From IMG/VR virus record IMGVR_UViG_3300020159_002019, positions 32,001-96,000 of that record: a DNA stretch of 64,000 nucleotides. The stretch is one strand, 5' to 3'. The notes beneath the pieces were generated by a model. It saw only the letters and a program-made list of their open reading frames with translations. It was not told the origin of the DNA and did no database searches. The stretch's first letter is position 1; every line of letters begins with the position of its first letter. A program made the translations under genes and the position numbers. Below are positions 42,907 to 50,352 of the stretch, piece by piece. Source of the DNA: a virus.

Positions 42907-42935
42907 TTTAACTATTTATATAGAAAGATAAAATT

Positions 42936-43106
42936 ATGGAAACTCAAAATATTAATGACTTCATTGAAATTGAAGGTAAAGAAAAAAAAGATAACGAAAA
43001 AGTAGTTATCACAACTAAAGATGGTCTTGTAGAAAGAATCGACAAAAAATTAGTTGTTGAAGATGGTAGAGAATTAATCAGAGAAATTACCTACGGAATA
43101 TTATAA
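42936..43106 (+). CDS. small protein (56 aa, not in the ORF track)
   Basis: METQNINDFIEIEGKEKK..EITYGIL*, preceded by TATTTATA. Confidence 0.65.
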   Translation: METQNINDFIEIEGKEKKDNEKVVITTKDGLVERIDKKLVVEDGRELIREITYGIL

Positions 43107-43132
43107 ATAATAAATCTGGCATATTTATTACT

Positions 43133-43804
43133 ATGAAAGAAACATTATTAGAAAAAGAATTAAAAAGATTCAATAATATACTTGGATATAAGTATTATAT
43201 AAAAGAAGCGGAAGGTGATAAACCATTTGAAACCGCTGACGATACAACTATGGATGATGTTATTGATTTAGATAATCCAGTTGAAGAACAACAACCAACA
43301 TCAGGTAAAGATGCTCAAGGTATAAATGTTACAGATATTGTAAATAAAGTTGGTGACGTTGAAGAAAAGGTGGTTGATAGTGATGATAATTTAACTAAAA
43401 TTATGGACACTATTTCTAGTTTAGAAGCTAAATTAGGTAATATGGAACAAATCTTATCTAAAATAGATGATTTGGAAAATAAGATTGAAAAAACAATGCC
43501 GAAAACACCTGAACAAAAGTTAGAACTTAGAAGTTTAGATTCGTATCCATATAATGTTAAACTTGATGACTTTTGGAAGAAAGATATACCAGGTTATGAT
43601 ATTGAAAAATCTAATGGTGAAACATTTAAGAAAAAGGAATTGGTATTAACTCAAGATGAGGTTGATGATTATTCGGATCAAGAAGTGAGAGATTCTTTCT
43701 CAATCCCTGATTATGATGCTGACGAAGAGGATAAAAACTATAAGTTTGAGAAAAAAGTGGCTTTTAAAACCGGACCTAGTAGAATGACAGGTGGTTATTG
43801 GTAA
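43133..43804 (+). CDS. acidic coiled-coil protein (possible prohead/scaffold component)
   Basis: LLEKELKRF N-terminal motif and coiled coil. Confidence 0.6.
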   Translation: MKETLLEKELKRFNNILGYKYYIKEAEGDKPFETADDTTMDDVIDLDNPVEEQQPTSGKDAQGINVTDIVNKVGDVEEKVVDSDDNLTKIMDTISSLEAKLGNMEQILSKIDDLENKIEKTMPKTPEQKLELRSLDSYPYNVKLDDFWKKDIPGYDIEKSNGETFKKKELVLTQDEVDDYSDQEVRDSFSIPDYDADEEDKNYKFEKKVAFKTGPSRMTGGYW

Positions 43805-43827
43805 TATTTAAATTAAAGAATATAAAA

Positions 43828-44019
43828 ATGGGAAAGAAAATACAATTAACAGAAACGGAACTAATCAATCTTATTGAAAAGATGGTTAAAGAATATGATA
43901 AACCAGCAATGGCTTCATTCCAAAAACAATACGGAAAGAAAAAAGGAAAATCTGTTTATTATGCAACAGCAAATAAACAAAAAAGAAGTCCTGAAACTTT
44001 TAAGTTAAAAAGAAAATAA
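43828..44019 (+). CDS. small basic virion-type protein
   Basis: MGKKIQLTETELINLIEKMVKE N-terminal motif. Confidence 0.6.
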   Translation: MGKKIQLTETELINLIEKMVKEYDKPAMASFQKQYGKKKGKSVYYATANKQKRSPETFKLKRK

Positions 44020-44048
44020 TAAAAATAAAAAAAGTAAATAATAGACAA

Positions 44049-44468
44049 ATGAAAAAAATTGTAAGATTAACAGAAAACGATATTAGAAGAATCGTTAAAA
44101 GAGTTATGAATGAAGCTAAAGGTCCTGGTATGAATGAGGCTTTAGGTTTATTAGATGGTGATAGTGATACTCCAAGATCGGGTAGAAAAATGCCAAAACA
44201 ATATCTGACTAGACATATAGAATCAAGGGAAGATGCTGCAAGATATACTAAAGGAACTAAGATATCCGCTAGAGTATTGTTTGATATGTATATGAAAGGT
44301 ACAGATATTGAAGTTATAATGAATCCTGATAATGTTACCGGTCCTAATGGTAGACATAAGAAATTATTTGTTCTTAGTACGGGTCAAGTATATAATGAAT
44401 TAGATGAATATATGGGTAATTATAAAAAAGAAGGGTTTGATAAATTTGAAGATTATTTAGAATCTTAA
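44049..44468 (+). CDS. hypothetical virion-type protein
   Basis: MKKIVRLTENDIRRIVKRVMNE N-terminal motif. Confidence 0.6.
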   Translation: MKKIVRLTENDIRRIVKRVMNEAKGPGMNEALGLLDGDSDTPRSGRKMPKQYLTRHIESREDAARYTKGTKISARVLFDMYMKGTDIEVIMNPDNVTGPNGRHKKLFVLSTGQVYNELDEYMGNYKKEGFDKFEDYLES

Positions 44469-44479
44469 AAAATAAATAA

Positions 44480-44508
44480 AAAAATCCCCTAACAAAGGGG
44501 ATTTTTTT
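44480..44508 (+). terminator. intrinsic terminator
   Basis: AAAATCCCCT/AGGGGATTTT stem plus T tract. Confidence 0.7.
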
Positions 44509-44533
44509 ATGCCTTTTTATTATACTTGTAATA

Positions 44534-45481
44534 ATGGATTATTCACTTATTACAGATTTAGTTGTTTCAATATTTGGAAACATTAAAAAAACTTATCACG
44601 GAAACTCACAAGTAACCGTTGATTGTCCTTTGTGTTCCGCCGATAAAGGTGTTGAATATGATGGGAAAGGAAACCTTGAAATAAACCTTGAACAAGGATT
44701 ATCTCATTGTTGGTCTTGCGAAAGAACACCCGGAACAATTGATGGACTTATTAAAAAGTTCGGAAATAAACCCCAATATAAGACATTTAAAGTTATTGCC
44801 CCTGAATATGATTACCAAATCAATAAAAGAAAATATACTAAAAAAGATAATAACATTACGGAGTTTCCAAAAGAATTTATCCCGTTCTCAACAATAAATA
44901 AAAGAAACTATATCCACCTTCAACCATATAATTACATTATATCGAGAGGTTATACAGATGAATTATTAAAGGAATATAATATAGGGTTTTGTTTAGAAGG
45001 GAAATATAAACAAAGAATAGTAATACCATTATACGATAAGAAAGGTAATATTATTTATTTCTCAACCAGGTCATATACAGGTGCTAAACAAAAATATCTA
45101 AATCCTGATACAGATAAAGATGATTTAATATTTAATGAAAATAGAATTGATTGGGAAAAACCATTATATATTACAGAAGGTGTATTTGATGGATTACCAA
45201 TACCTAACCATTTCTTATTATTAGGGAAATCATTATCGGAGTTTAAATGGAAAACAATATATGATAACGCTAAATCGGATATTGTAATTGCTTTAGATCC
45301 TGACGCTAAAGAACAGACGTATAGAATGTATCAGAAGTTAAATGCTGGTAAATTAAGGAATAAAGTATTTGTATTACAATATACCGATGATAGGGATTTA
45401 GGTAAATTATTTGAAAATAAAAAAGATTTTAACGATACGATATTGAATTACAGATATTTAAGTGAATTTGAAATAATTTAA
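44534..45481 (+). CDS. DNA primase (zinc finger + TOPRIM)
   Basis: CPLC..HCWSC, RIVIP, KYLNP, ITEGVFD, ALDPDA, DLG motifs. Confidence 0.88.
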   Translation: MDYSLITDLVVSIFGNIKKTYHGNSQVTVDCPLCSADKGVEYDGKGNLEINLEQGLSHCWSCERTPGTIDGLIKKFGNKPQYKTFKVIAPEYDYQINKRKYTKKDNNITEFPKEFIPFSTINKRNYIHLQPYNYIISRGYTDELLKEYNIGFCLEGKYKQRIVIPLYDKKGNIIYFSTRSYTGAKQKYLNPDTDKDDLIFNENRIDWEKPLYITEGVFDGLPIPNHFLLLGKSLSEFKWKTIYDNAKSDIVIALDPDAKEQTYRMYQKLNAGKLRNKVFVLQYTDDRDLGKLFENKKDFNDTILNYRYLSEFEII

Positions 45482-45581
45482 TTTAAAAAACATTTGGAAG
45501 TATAAAAAATTATATTACCTTTGTGGTATGAAAAATTAATTACATATTTAATGGTAATTATTTAAAAAAAATAAAAAAAAG

Positions 45582-45612
45582 TTTGACAATTAAAAAAAAA
45601 GTAGTATCTTTG
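45582..45612 (+). promoter_or_regulatory. Bacteroidetes sigmaA-type promoter of tRNA array 1
   Basis: TTTG-N19-TATCTTTG. Confidence 0.75.
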
Positions 45613-45658
45613 TATCACAAATAAGAAAAACATACTATTTATTAGTAAGAAAATATAT

Positions 45659-45731
45659 CGTGGAGTAGTAGCAGTGGTAGCTCGCAAGGCTCATAACCTT
45701 GAGGTCGGTGGTTCGAATCCATCCTCCGCAA
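45659..45731 (+). tRNA. tRNA-fMet(CAT)
   Basis: Cloverleaf with CAAGG-CTCATAA-CCTTG arm and C1:A72 mismatch. Confidence 0.85.
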
Positions 45732-45769
45732 CAATTTAAAAAAAGTAAAACAATTAAAAAAAAAAGATT

Positions 45770-45847
45770 ATGACAACAATTATTAACATATTTGAATTTA
45801 ACGTGATTGAGGATAGAAGCCTCGGTTTGGGATATCTTTGTGTCTAA
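45770..45847 (+). CDS. leader peptide of attenuator 1 (MTTIINIFEFNVIEDRSLGLGYLCV)
   Basis: 25-aa ORF rich in I/F/E/D codons, overlapping the antiterminator strand. Confidence 0.75.
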   Translation: MTTIINIFEFNVIEDRSLGLGYLCV

Positions 45848-45870
45848 TAATGTGTAGTTAGAATGAATTA

Positions 45871-45905
45871 AAAGAAACCCAAACCTAATAAGTTTGGGTT
45901 TTTTT
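45871..45905 (+). terminator. attenuator terminator 1
   Basis: AAACCCAAAC/GTTTGGGTTT stem plus U tract; 5' arm also pairs with GGTTTGGG at 45824-45831. Confidence 0.8.
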
Positions 45906-45930
45906 GTTTTATATTGTTATTTGAAAATAC

Positions 45931-46006
45931 GGTTCATAGGTCAAATGGTTAAGATATCTCCCTGTCACGGAGTATGGAGCGGGTTCGATTCCCGTATGAA
46001 CCGCCA
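45931..46006 (+). tRNA. tRNA-Asp(GTC)
   Basis: CTCC-CTGTCAC-GGAG arm; encoded CCA. Confidence 0.9.
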
Positions 46007-46012
46007 AAATAG

Positions 46013-46089
46013 GGTATCAGGGGCTGCTGGGTGTGGCTACTTGACTGTCACTCAAGAAAAACAGGTGGGTTCGAATCCCATTGGTACCG
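46013..46089 (+). tRNA. tRNA-Asp(GTC), second divergent copy
   Basis: CTTGA-CTGTCAC-TCAAG arm; canonical T arm. Confidence 0.8.
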
Positions 46090-46100
46090 CAAAAATAAAT

Positions 46101-46174
46101 GTTCCGTTGGACAAATTGGTTAAGTCGTTTCCCTTTCAAGGAAAAGATTGCGGGTTCAAATCCCGTACGGAATA
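46101..46174 (+). tRNA. tRNA-Glu(TTC)
   Basis: TTTCC-CTTTCAA-GGAAA arm. Confidence 0.88.
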
Positions 46175-46181
46175 CAAAAAT

Positions 46182-46254
46182 GGGTTTATAGTGAAATTGG
46201 TGATCACGCATCCCTGATAAGGATGTATTATAGGTTCAAATCCTATTAGACCTA
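46182..46254 (+). tRNA. tRNA-Ile(GAT)
   Basis: CATCC-CTGATAA-GGATG arm. Confidence 0.88.
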
Positions 46255-46260
46255 CAATAT

Positions 46261-46333
46261 GGTGCAGTGGCAGATAAGGTTATTGCGGCGGACTGAAAAT
46301 CCGTAGGAGTCGGATCGTTACCGACCTGCACCA
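46261..46333 (+). tRNA. tRNA-Phe(GAA)
   Basis: GCGGA-CTGAAAA-TCCGT arm; variant T loop ATCGTTA. Confidence 0.85.
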
Positions 46334-46342
46334 CAATAATAT

Positions 46343-46416
46343 ACTACCATAGCTCAATTGGTGAGAGCAGGATGCTTATACCATCAAGGTTGTCGGTTCA
46401 AATCCGGTTGGTAGTA
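46343..46416 (+). tRNA. tRNA-Ile(TAT)
   Basis: GATG-CTTATAC-CATC arm; canonical D and T arms. Confidence 0.82.
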
Positions 46417-46421
46417 CAAAT

Positions 46422-46492
46422 GGGATAAAAGCACATAAGGATGTGCAGACCCTAAACAGGGTAAGGATTGGGTTCGAATCCCAGATATTCCA
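46422..46492 (+). tRNA. tRNA-like gene with aberrant anticodon arm (undetermined)
   Basis: Acceptor, D and T arms present; anticodon arm ACCCT-AAAC-AGGGT lacks a 7-nt loop. Confidence 0.6.
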
Positions 46493-46545
46493 CAAAAAAA
46501 TTAAAAAAAGTTTGGAAATAATAAAAAAAGGAGTATCTTTGTAGT

Positions 46546-47403
46546 ATGGCAAAAATAGAAACATTAAAAGCAAAATTCCCTAATATAACCGAACAAACAT
46601 TTATTCGTTTATTTGAGGGTGACAAGACATCTACTAAAAAGTATGCTGAATTTTTACTTTCCGCTTGGAATAGAAAAGGGACAAATTATGGTGGTTTAAG
46701 GGGTGTTGATGACTATATTAAATTGGTTGAGAATTTTGAGAAATTAACCCCTTATATTGATAATAAGGATATATACTCTTATGGAGATATTCAATCAATA
46801 GTTGGTGTTGTTAAAATAGCTGAAGCCGAAAAAAATGAAAAATCTTTTGATAAAGATGAACACATTTCAGTTATTGAAGAAACTGAAGATTATATCTTTT
46901 TGATACCTAAAACACACGTTGGTTCATTAAAATATGGTTCTAATACTAAATGGTGCACAGCGGCATCAACAAGTCCTGGAACTTTTAAATCATATATTGA
47001 TAGAGGTTTTTTAGCTTATTTAGTTGATAAGAAAAATAAAAAGACGAATAATCAAAATAAATTGGCTTTTTATTTTACAAATAAAGAAAACTTACTTACA
47101 CAAGTAATCCAAATCTTTAATCAATTAGATTCACTTGTAAATGAAAACCAAGTAATACAGAGTGGTTGGGATATTATGTTATTGAGTAATCTTATAACTA
47201 AATTGAGGGTTTTCTTATTTGAGTTTAAGGAGAAAGAAAAAGTTAGGGTTGAAGTATCTAAAACAATTCAACAATTGAATCAAATCAATTACGATAACTT
47301 CTTTAATGCTTTAAATACGTTAAAGATAAATCCTGAGAATGTTGAAGAATTGAAAAACGCTTTAGGGTTAGTTAAAACTTCAATGAAAAAAATCAAAGTA
47401 TGA
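46546..47403 (+). CDS. hypothetical protein, YGxxxKWCT family
   Basis: KYGSNTKWCTA motif; sigmaA-type promoter at 46511-46541 directly upstream. Confidence 0.65.
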   Translation: MAKIETLKAKFPNITEQTFIRLFEGDKTSTKKYAEFLLSAWNRKGTNYGGLRGVDDYIKLVENFEKLTPYIDNKDIYSYGDIQSIVGVVKIAEAEKNEKSFDKDEHISVIEETEDYIFLIPKTHVGSLKYGSNTKWCTAASTSPGTFKSYIDRGFLAYLVDKKNKKTNNQNKLAFYFTNKENLLTQVIQIFNQLDSLVNENQVIQSGWDIMLLSNLITKLRVFLFEFKEKEKVRVEVSKTIQQLNQINYDNFFNALNTLKINPENVEELKNALGLVKTSMKKIKV

Positions 47404-47750
47404 GGAGTGTAAAACAAATCAAAAAGTTAAGATATACTAATGATTGGGTGTCAAATGTTGATGATTCAAATATAACTTATCGTCTTTTTACTTATAATGG
47501 TTTAACTTGGAATGTTATTTTAACTAACCGACAAGAATTAGGTGGTTGGACAATAAGGTTATGTAATAATGATGGTGATGAATTATACATTTTTAATTCA
47601 GGTGTGAATAGAATGTCCATATCAATAAATGACGATTTAATTTACGAATTAGATGGTTGGTATTATGAAAATATAACTGAATTGAAGAATAGGTTAGAAA
47701 ACGATTTAATCGTATTATTAAGGAAATATGAGGAGTATATCAAAAATTAG
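47400..47750 (+). CDS. hypothetical protein
   Basis: Coupled ORF. Confidence 0.55.
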   Translation: MRSVKQIKKLRYTNDWVSNVDDSNITYRLFTYNGLTWNVILTNRQELGGWTIRLCNNDGDELYIFNSGVNRMSISINDDLIYELDGWYYENITELKNRLENDLIVLLRKYEEYIKN

Positions 47751-48060
47751 GGTAAGTGTAAAACAAGATTTTCAAGAATGGTTGGAAAAAACTACCATTA
47801 GTAGATGGATGCCAAGACATAGAATAATATGTAATGATGGGTTTTCTATGTCAGTTCAGGGTGGTGAGTTTACATATTCAAACCCAAGACAATTTGGTAG
47901 TAGTTTTACTGAAATGGAGATTGGGTTTCCTTCTGAGTATGAAGAATTGATTAGTAGTTATTCTGACTCTAATGAATATACTCAAACTGTTTATCCATAT
48001 GTCCCAGTAAGTTTAATTATTGAAGTGATTGAAAAACACGGAGGAATAAAAAAAGATTAG
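47728..48060 (+). CDS. hypothetical phage protein
   Basis: ICNDGFSMSVQG..YSNPR..EIGFPS..VYPYVP. Confidence 0.65.
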   Translation: MRSISKIRVSVKQDFQEWLEKTTISRWMPRHRIICNDGFSMSVQGGEFTYSNPRQFGSSFTEMEIGFPSEYEELISSYSDSNEYTQTVYPYVPVSLIIEVIEKHGGIKKD

Positions 48061-48077
48061 AAAAAAATAAAAAAAGA

Positions 48078-48108
48078 TTTGACAAGTTAAAAAAAAATGT
48101 TATCTTTG
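48078..48108 (+). promoter_or_regulatory. Bacteroidetes sigmaA-type promoter of tRNA array 2
   Basis: TTTG-N19-TATCTTTG. Confidence 0.75.
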
Positions 48109-48187
48109 TATAACAAATGGGATATGAAAATATTTTTTAGATTTCCTTGACAAAAACAAAAAAACAAACTATTTATAAATTAAAGAT

Positions 48188-48298
48188 ATGAAAAACACGA
48201 ATAAAAATATGACTATGGTTGTGAAAGCAACGGCAAAAGGTGGGAATAGAAATACCACACTTGGTTTAGGGCGTGTTATGTCTTTAATGGATAGATAA
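48188..48298 (+). CDS. leader peptide of attenuator 2 (MKNTNKNMTMVVKATAKGGNRNTTLGLGRVMSLMDR)
   Basis: 36-aa ORF; the first 24 codons encode only M/K/N/T/V/A/G/R. Confidence 0.8.
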   Translation: MKNTNKNMTMVVKATAKGGNRNTTLGLGRVMSLMDR

Positions 48299-48322
48299 TA
48301 CAATAATATAAAAAGATATATT

Positions 48323-48359
48323 AAAAACCCTGAACCATAAAAAAGTTCAGGGTTTTTTT
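48323..48359 (+). terminator. attenuator terminator 2
   Basis: AAAAACCCTGAAC/GTTCAGGGTTTTT stem; 5' arm also pairs with TGGTTTAGGG at 48262-48271. Confidence 0.8.
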
Positions 48360-48367
48360 ATTTATAA

Positions 48368-48439
48368 TCCAGATTAGTTTAATTGGGAAAACACGTCTCT
48401 TGTAAAGATGAAAAGTTGGTTCGAATCCGACATTTGGAT
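48368..48439 (+). tRNA. tRNA-Thr(TGT)
   Basis: CGTCT-CTTGTAA-AGATG arm. Confidence 0.85.
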
Positions 48440-48545
48440 CAAAGAAAATAGTAAAAAATTAATTAAAAATATGAAACGAAAACAGTAGGGTGTATGATCA
48501 ATTAGGAATAGGTTGCATACACTAAAAATTAAAAAAAATGTATAT

Positions 48546-48633
48546 GCACCTATGGCTTAATTGGTAGAGCAACCGGCTTTTAACCGGTGGGGTAGACGAA
48601 AGTCCGTTGAAGGTTCGAGTCCTTCTGGGTGCA
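48546..48633 (+). tRNA. tRNA-Lys(TTT) with long variable arm
   Basis: ACCGG-CTTTTAA-CCGGT arm; extra GAC-GAAA-GTC hairpin. Confidence 0.85.
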
Positions 48634-48639
48634 CAATTT

Positions 48640-48712
48640 ACTTTCGTAGCTTAATTGGTAAAGAAACTAACTCTTAATTAGTGTGATGTGAGTTCGAGTC
48701 TCACTGGAAGTA
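48640..48712 (+). tRNA. tRNA-Lys(CTT)
   Basis: ACTAA-CTCTTAA-TTAGT arm. Confidence 0.82.
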
Positions 48713-48739
48713 CTAAATGTTATTTGAAATATTATAAAT

Positions 48740-48812
48740 TGGGATGTAACTCAGAGGCTAGAGTGTTTGCCTGTTAAGCAAAAAGTCGAGATATCGTAAT
48801 TCTCCATCCCAG
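48740..48812 (+). tRNA. tRNA-Asn(GTT)
   Basis: TTTGC-CTGTTAA-GCAAA arm; variant T loop. Confidence 0.8.
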
Positions 48813-48873
48813 CAAAAATTGAAAGATAAACGTATGAAACAAAGGAATGTAGTGGTTTATTAAGTAAATATAT

Positions 48874-48945
48874 GGCTCTATCGTTTAACGCATAAGACAT
48901 TTCTCTTCTAAAGAAAGAATAGGGGTTGGATTCCCTTTAGAGCCA
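48874..48945 (+). tRNA. tRNA-Arg(TCT)
   Basis: TTTCT-CTTCTAA-AGAAA arm. Confidence 0.8.
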
Positions 48946-48952
48946 CAGCAAT

Positions 48953-48977
48953 CCAAGTTCGATTCTTGGTGGGAGTA
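48953..48977 (+). pseudogene. tRNA 3' fragment (T arm + acceptor 3' strand)
   Basis: CCAAG-TTCGATT-CTTGG-TGGGAGT-A with no 5' half. Confidence 0.6.
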
Positions 48978-48986
48978 CAAAAAAAT

Positions 48987-49057
48987 ACCTTCTTAGTTAA
49001 ATGGGAGAATATCTGTTTTACATACAGAAGATAACTGTTCGATTCAGTTAGGGGGTA
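48987..49057 (+). tRNA. tRNA-Val(TAC)
   Basis: TCTGT-TTTACAT-ACAGA arm. Confidence 0.82.
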
Positions 49058-49109
49058 CAAAAAAAGATTTGATTTTTTAAAAAAAATTATTATCTTTAAA
49101 AAACAATAT

Positions 49110-49182
49110 GGGGTTATGGTATAGTTGGCGAACACAGTAGCTTTGCAAGCTTCAGTCCCGAGTTCAAATCTCGGTAGCTCCA
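49110..49182 (+). tRNA. tRNA-Ala(TGC)
   Basis: TTTGCAA anticodon loop; G3:U70 pair. Confidence 0.88.
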
Positions 49183-49185
49183 CAA

Positions 49186-49255
49186 TGTTTCACTTAGAAT
49201 AAAAACAAACGCTTAATAGCAACAAACTCTTAATTTGTCAATTATTAGTGAAACA
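49186..49255 (+). ncRNA. Y-RNA-like stem element A with a Lys(CTT) anticodon-stem-loop mimic
   Basis: TGTTTCACT/AGTGAAACA closing stem, CACTTAGAATAA motif, internal ACAAA-CTCTTAA-TTTGT. Confidence 0.55.
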
Positions 49256-49258
49256 AAT

Positions 49259-49329
49259 GTCGATATAGTTAAATGGGATAACACCCCTCTCATCAAGGGA
49301 AGTTATTGGTTCGAATCCAGTTATCGATA
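49259..49329 (+). tRNA. tRNA-Met(CAT), elongator (Ile2 not excluded)
   Basis: CCCT-CTCATCA-AGGG arm; paired 1:72. Confidence 0.78.
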
Positions 49330-49340
49330 CCCTGAAATAA

Positions 49341-49417
49341 TATTTCACTTAGAATAAAAAACTATTTGAATTTATCCTCCAATGGAGGGTGTATTTAATC
49401 CAATTAATAGTGAAATA
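49341..49417 (+). ncRNA. Y-RNA-like stem element B
   Basis: TATTTCACT/AGTGAAATA closing stem with the same CACTTAGAATAAAAA and CAATTAxTAGTGAAA ends as element A. Confidence 0.55.
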
Positions 49418-49420
49418 AAT

Positions 49421-49493
49421 GCGGGTGTAGCTCAATTGGTAGAGCGCGACCTTGCCAAGGTCGAGGCTGTGGGATCGTACCCCATCACCCGCT
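49421..49493 (+). tRNA. tRNA-Gly(GCC)
   Basis: CGACC-TTGCCAA-GGTCG arm. Confidence 0.9.
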
Positions 49494-49496
49494 CAT

Positions 49497-49703
49497 TGAG
49501 TAAGAGGTACTCAGTAGTCTTTAATCCAAGACTCATTTAACAATGGATTCGCTTAAATCGGACAGCGAAAATGCCGGTTCTTAGGAATAAGGAGCGAAGC
49601 ACACCTCCCCTTCGTAGTGTGACTATTTTTAATGGGGATGCCCTTCAGGTTTTTGGAAAGAAGAAAACCGAAATGACTACTCACCTAAATCTCAAGGTGG
49701 GGT
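49497..49703 (+). ncRNA. unidentified ~200-nt structured RNA with two potential pseudoknots
   Basis: Series of hairpins with loop-to-downstream complementarity; GC richer than flanks; lies between two Gly tRNAs. Confidence 0.55.
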
Positions 49704-49709
49704 AAACAA

Positions 49710-49781
49710 GCGAGTATCGTATAATGGCTATTATACCACGCTTCCAACGTGGGGATGTGATTTCGATTATCACTACTCGCT
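49710..49781 (+). tRNA. tRNA-Gly(TCC)
   Basis: CCACG-CTTCCAA-CGTGG arm. Confidence 0.85.
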
Positions 49782-49794
49782 CCGGACGTTTTAG

Positions 49795-49832
49795 AAATCA
49801 GTAATATTTTTTTGGTATTACTGATTTTTTTT
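49795..49832 (+). terminator. terminator ending tRNA array 2 (overlaps the yqeY promoter)
   Basis: AAATCAGTAATA/TATTACTGATTT stem plus T tract; TACCTTTG at 49835. Confidence 0.7.
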
Positions 49833-49858
49833 ATTACCTTTGTAGAAATAATAAAATT

Positions 49859-50308
49859 ATGACACTTAAAGAACAAATTCAAAAAGACTTCATCACGGCT
49901 ATGAAAAATAAAGATGAATGGACTAAATCCGCTCTAAGTGGGTTAAAATCAAAGATTACTGAAGCTGAAAAAGTTAATGGAACAGAATTATCAGACGCTG
50001 ATATTCTTAAACTAATTAATAAAGGTATTAAACAAAGGGAAGAATCTGCTACTATATATAGTGAAGCAGGTCGTCCGGAATTAGCTGCGAAAGAATTACT
50101 TGAACTTAATGTTTTAATGGATTATATGCCAGCTCAAATGACTGATGAGGAAATTGAAACGGCTGTAAGGGAAATTATTGTTGGATTACCTACAATGACA
50201 AACGCAAATGCCTTGTCAGGAAAAACTATGGGTGAATTCAATAAAAAGTATCAAGGAATGGCTGATTCTAAAAGAGTTTCAGAAATTATAAAAAAAGTTG
50301 TATCATAA
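49859..50308 (+). CDS. yqeY: GatB/YqeY domain protein
   Basis: LKEQIQKDFITAMKNKD..KQREESATIYSEAGRPELA..YMPAQM. Confidence 0.9.
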   Translation: MTLKEQIQKDFITAMKNKDEWTKSALSGLKSKITEAEKVNGTELSDADILKLINKGIKQREESATIYSEAGRPELAAKELLELNVLMDYMPAQMTDEEIETAVREIIVGLPTMTNANALSGKTMGEFNKKYQGMADSKRVSEIIKKVVS

Positions 50309-50352
50309 TTTGACTTTCAATAAACAATAAACTATAATTAAAAAACAAAAAT

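Noticed and set aside
45894-46573. ORF-track entries 45894-46217, 46017-46211 and 46376-46573 (likewise 48908-49183, 49685-49882, 54249-54485)
   Set aside because: They overlap tRNA or ncRNA genes and are spurious translations.
48834-48863. Mini-ORF MKQRNVVVY* as a fourth attenuator leader
   Set aside because: No terminator/antiterminator pair follows it.
49186-49417. CRISPR mini-array from the TTTCACTTAGAATAAAAA repeats
   Set aside because: Only two or three copies, separated by tRNA genes, each closing a long stem; no cas genes in the window.
49497-49703. tmRNA or RNase P RNA
   Set aside because: No tRNA-Ala-like ends or tag frame, no RNase P P4 consensus, and too short.
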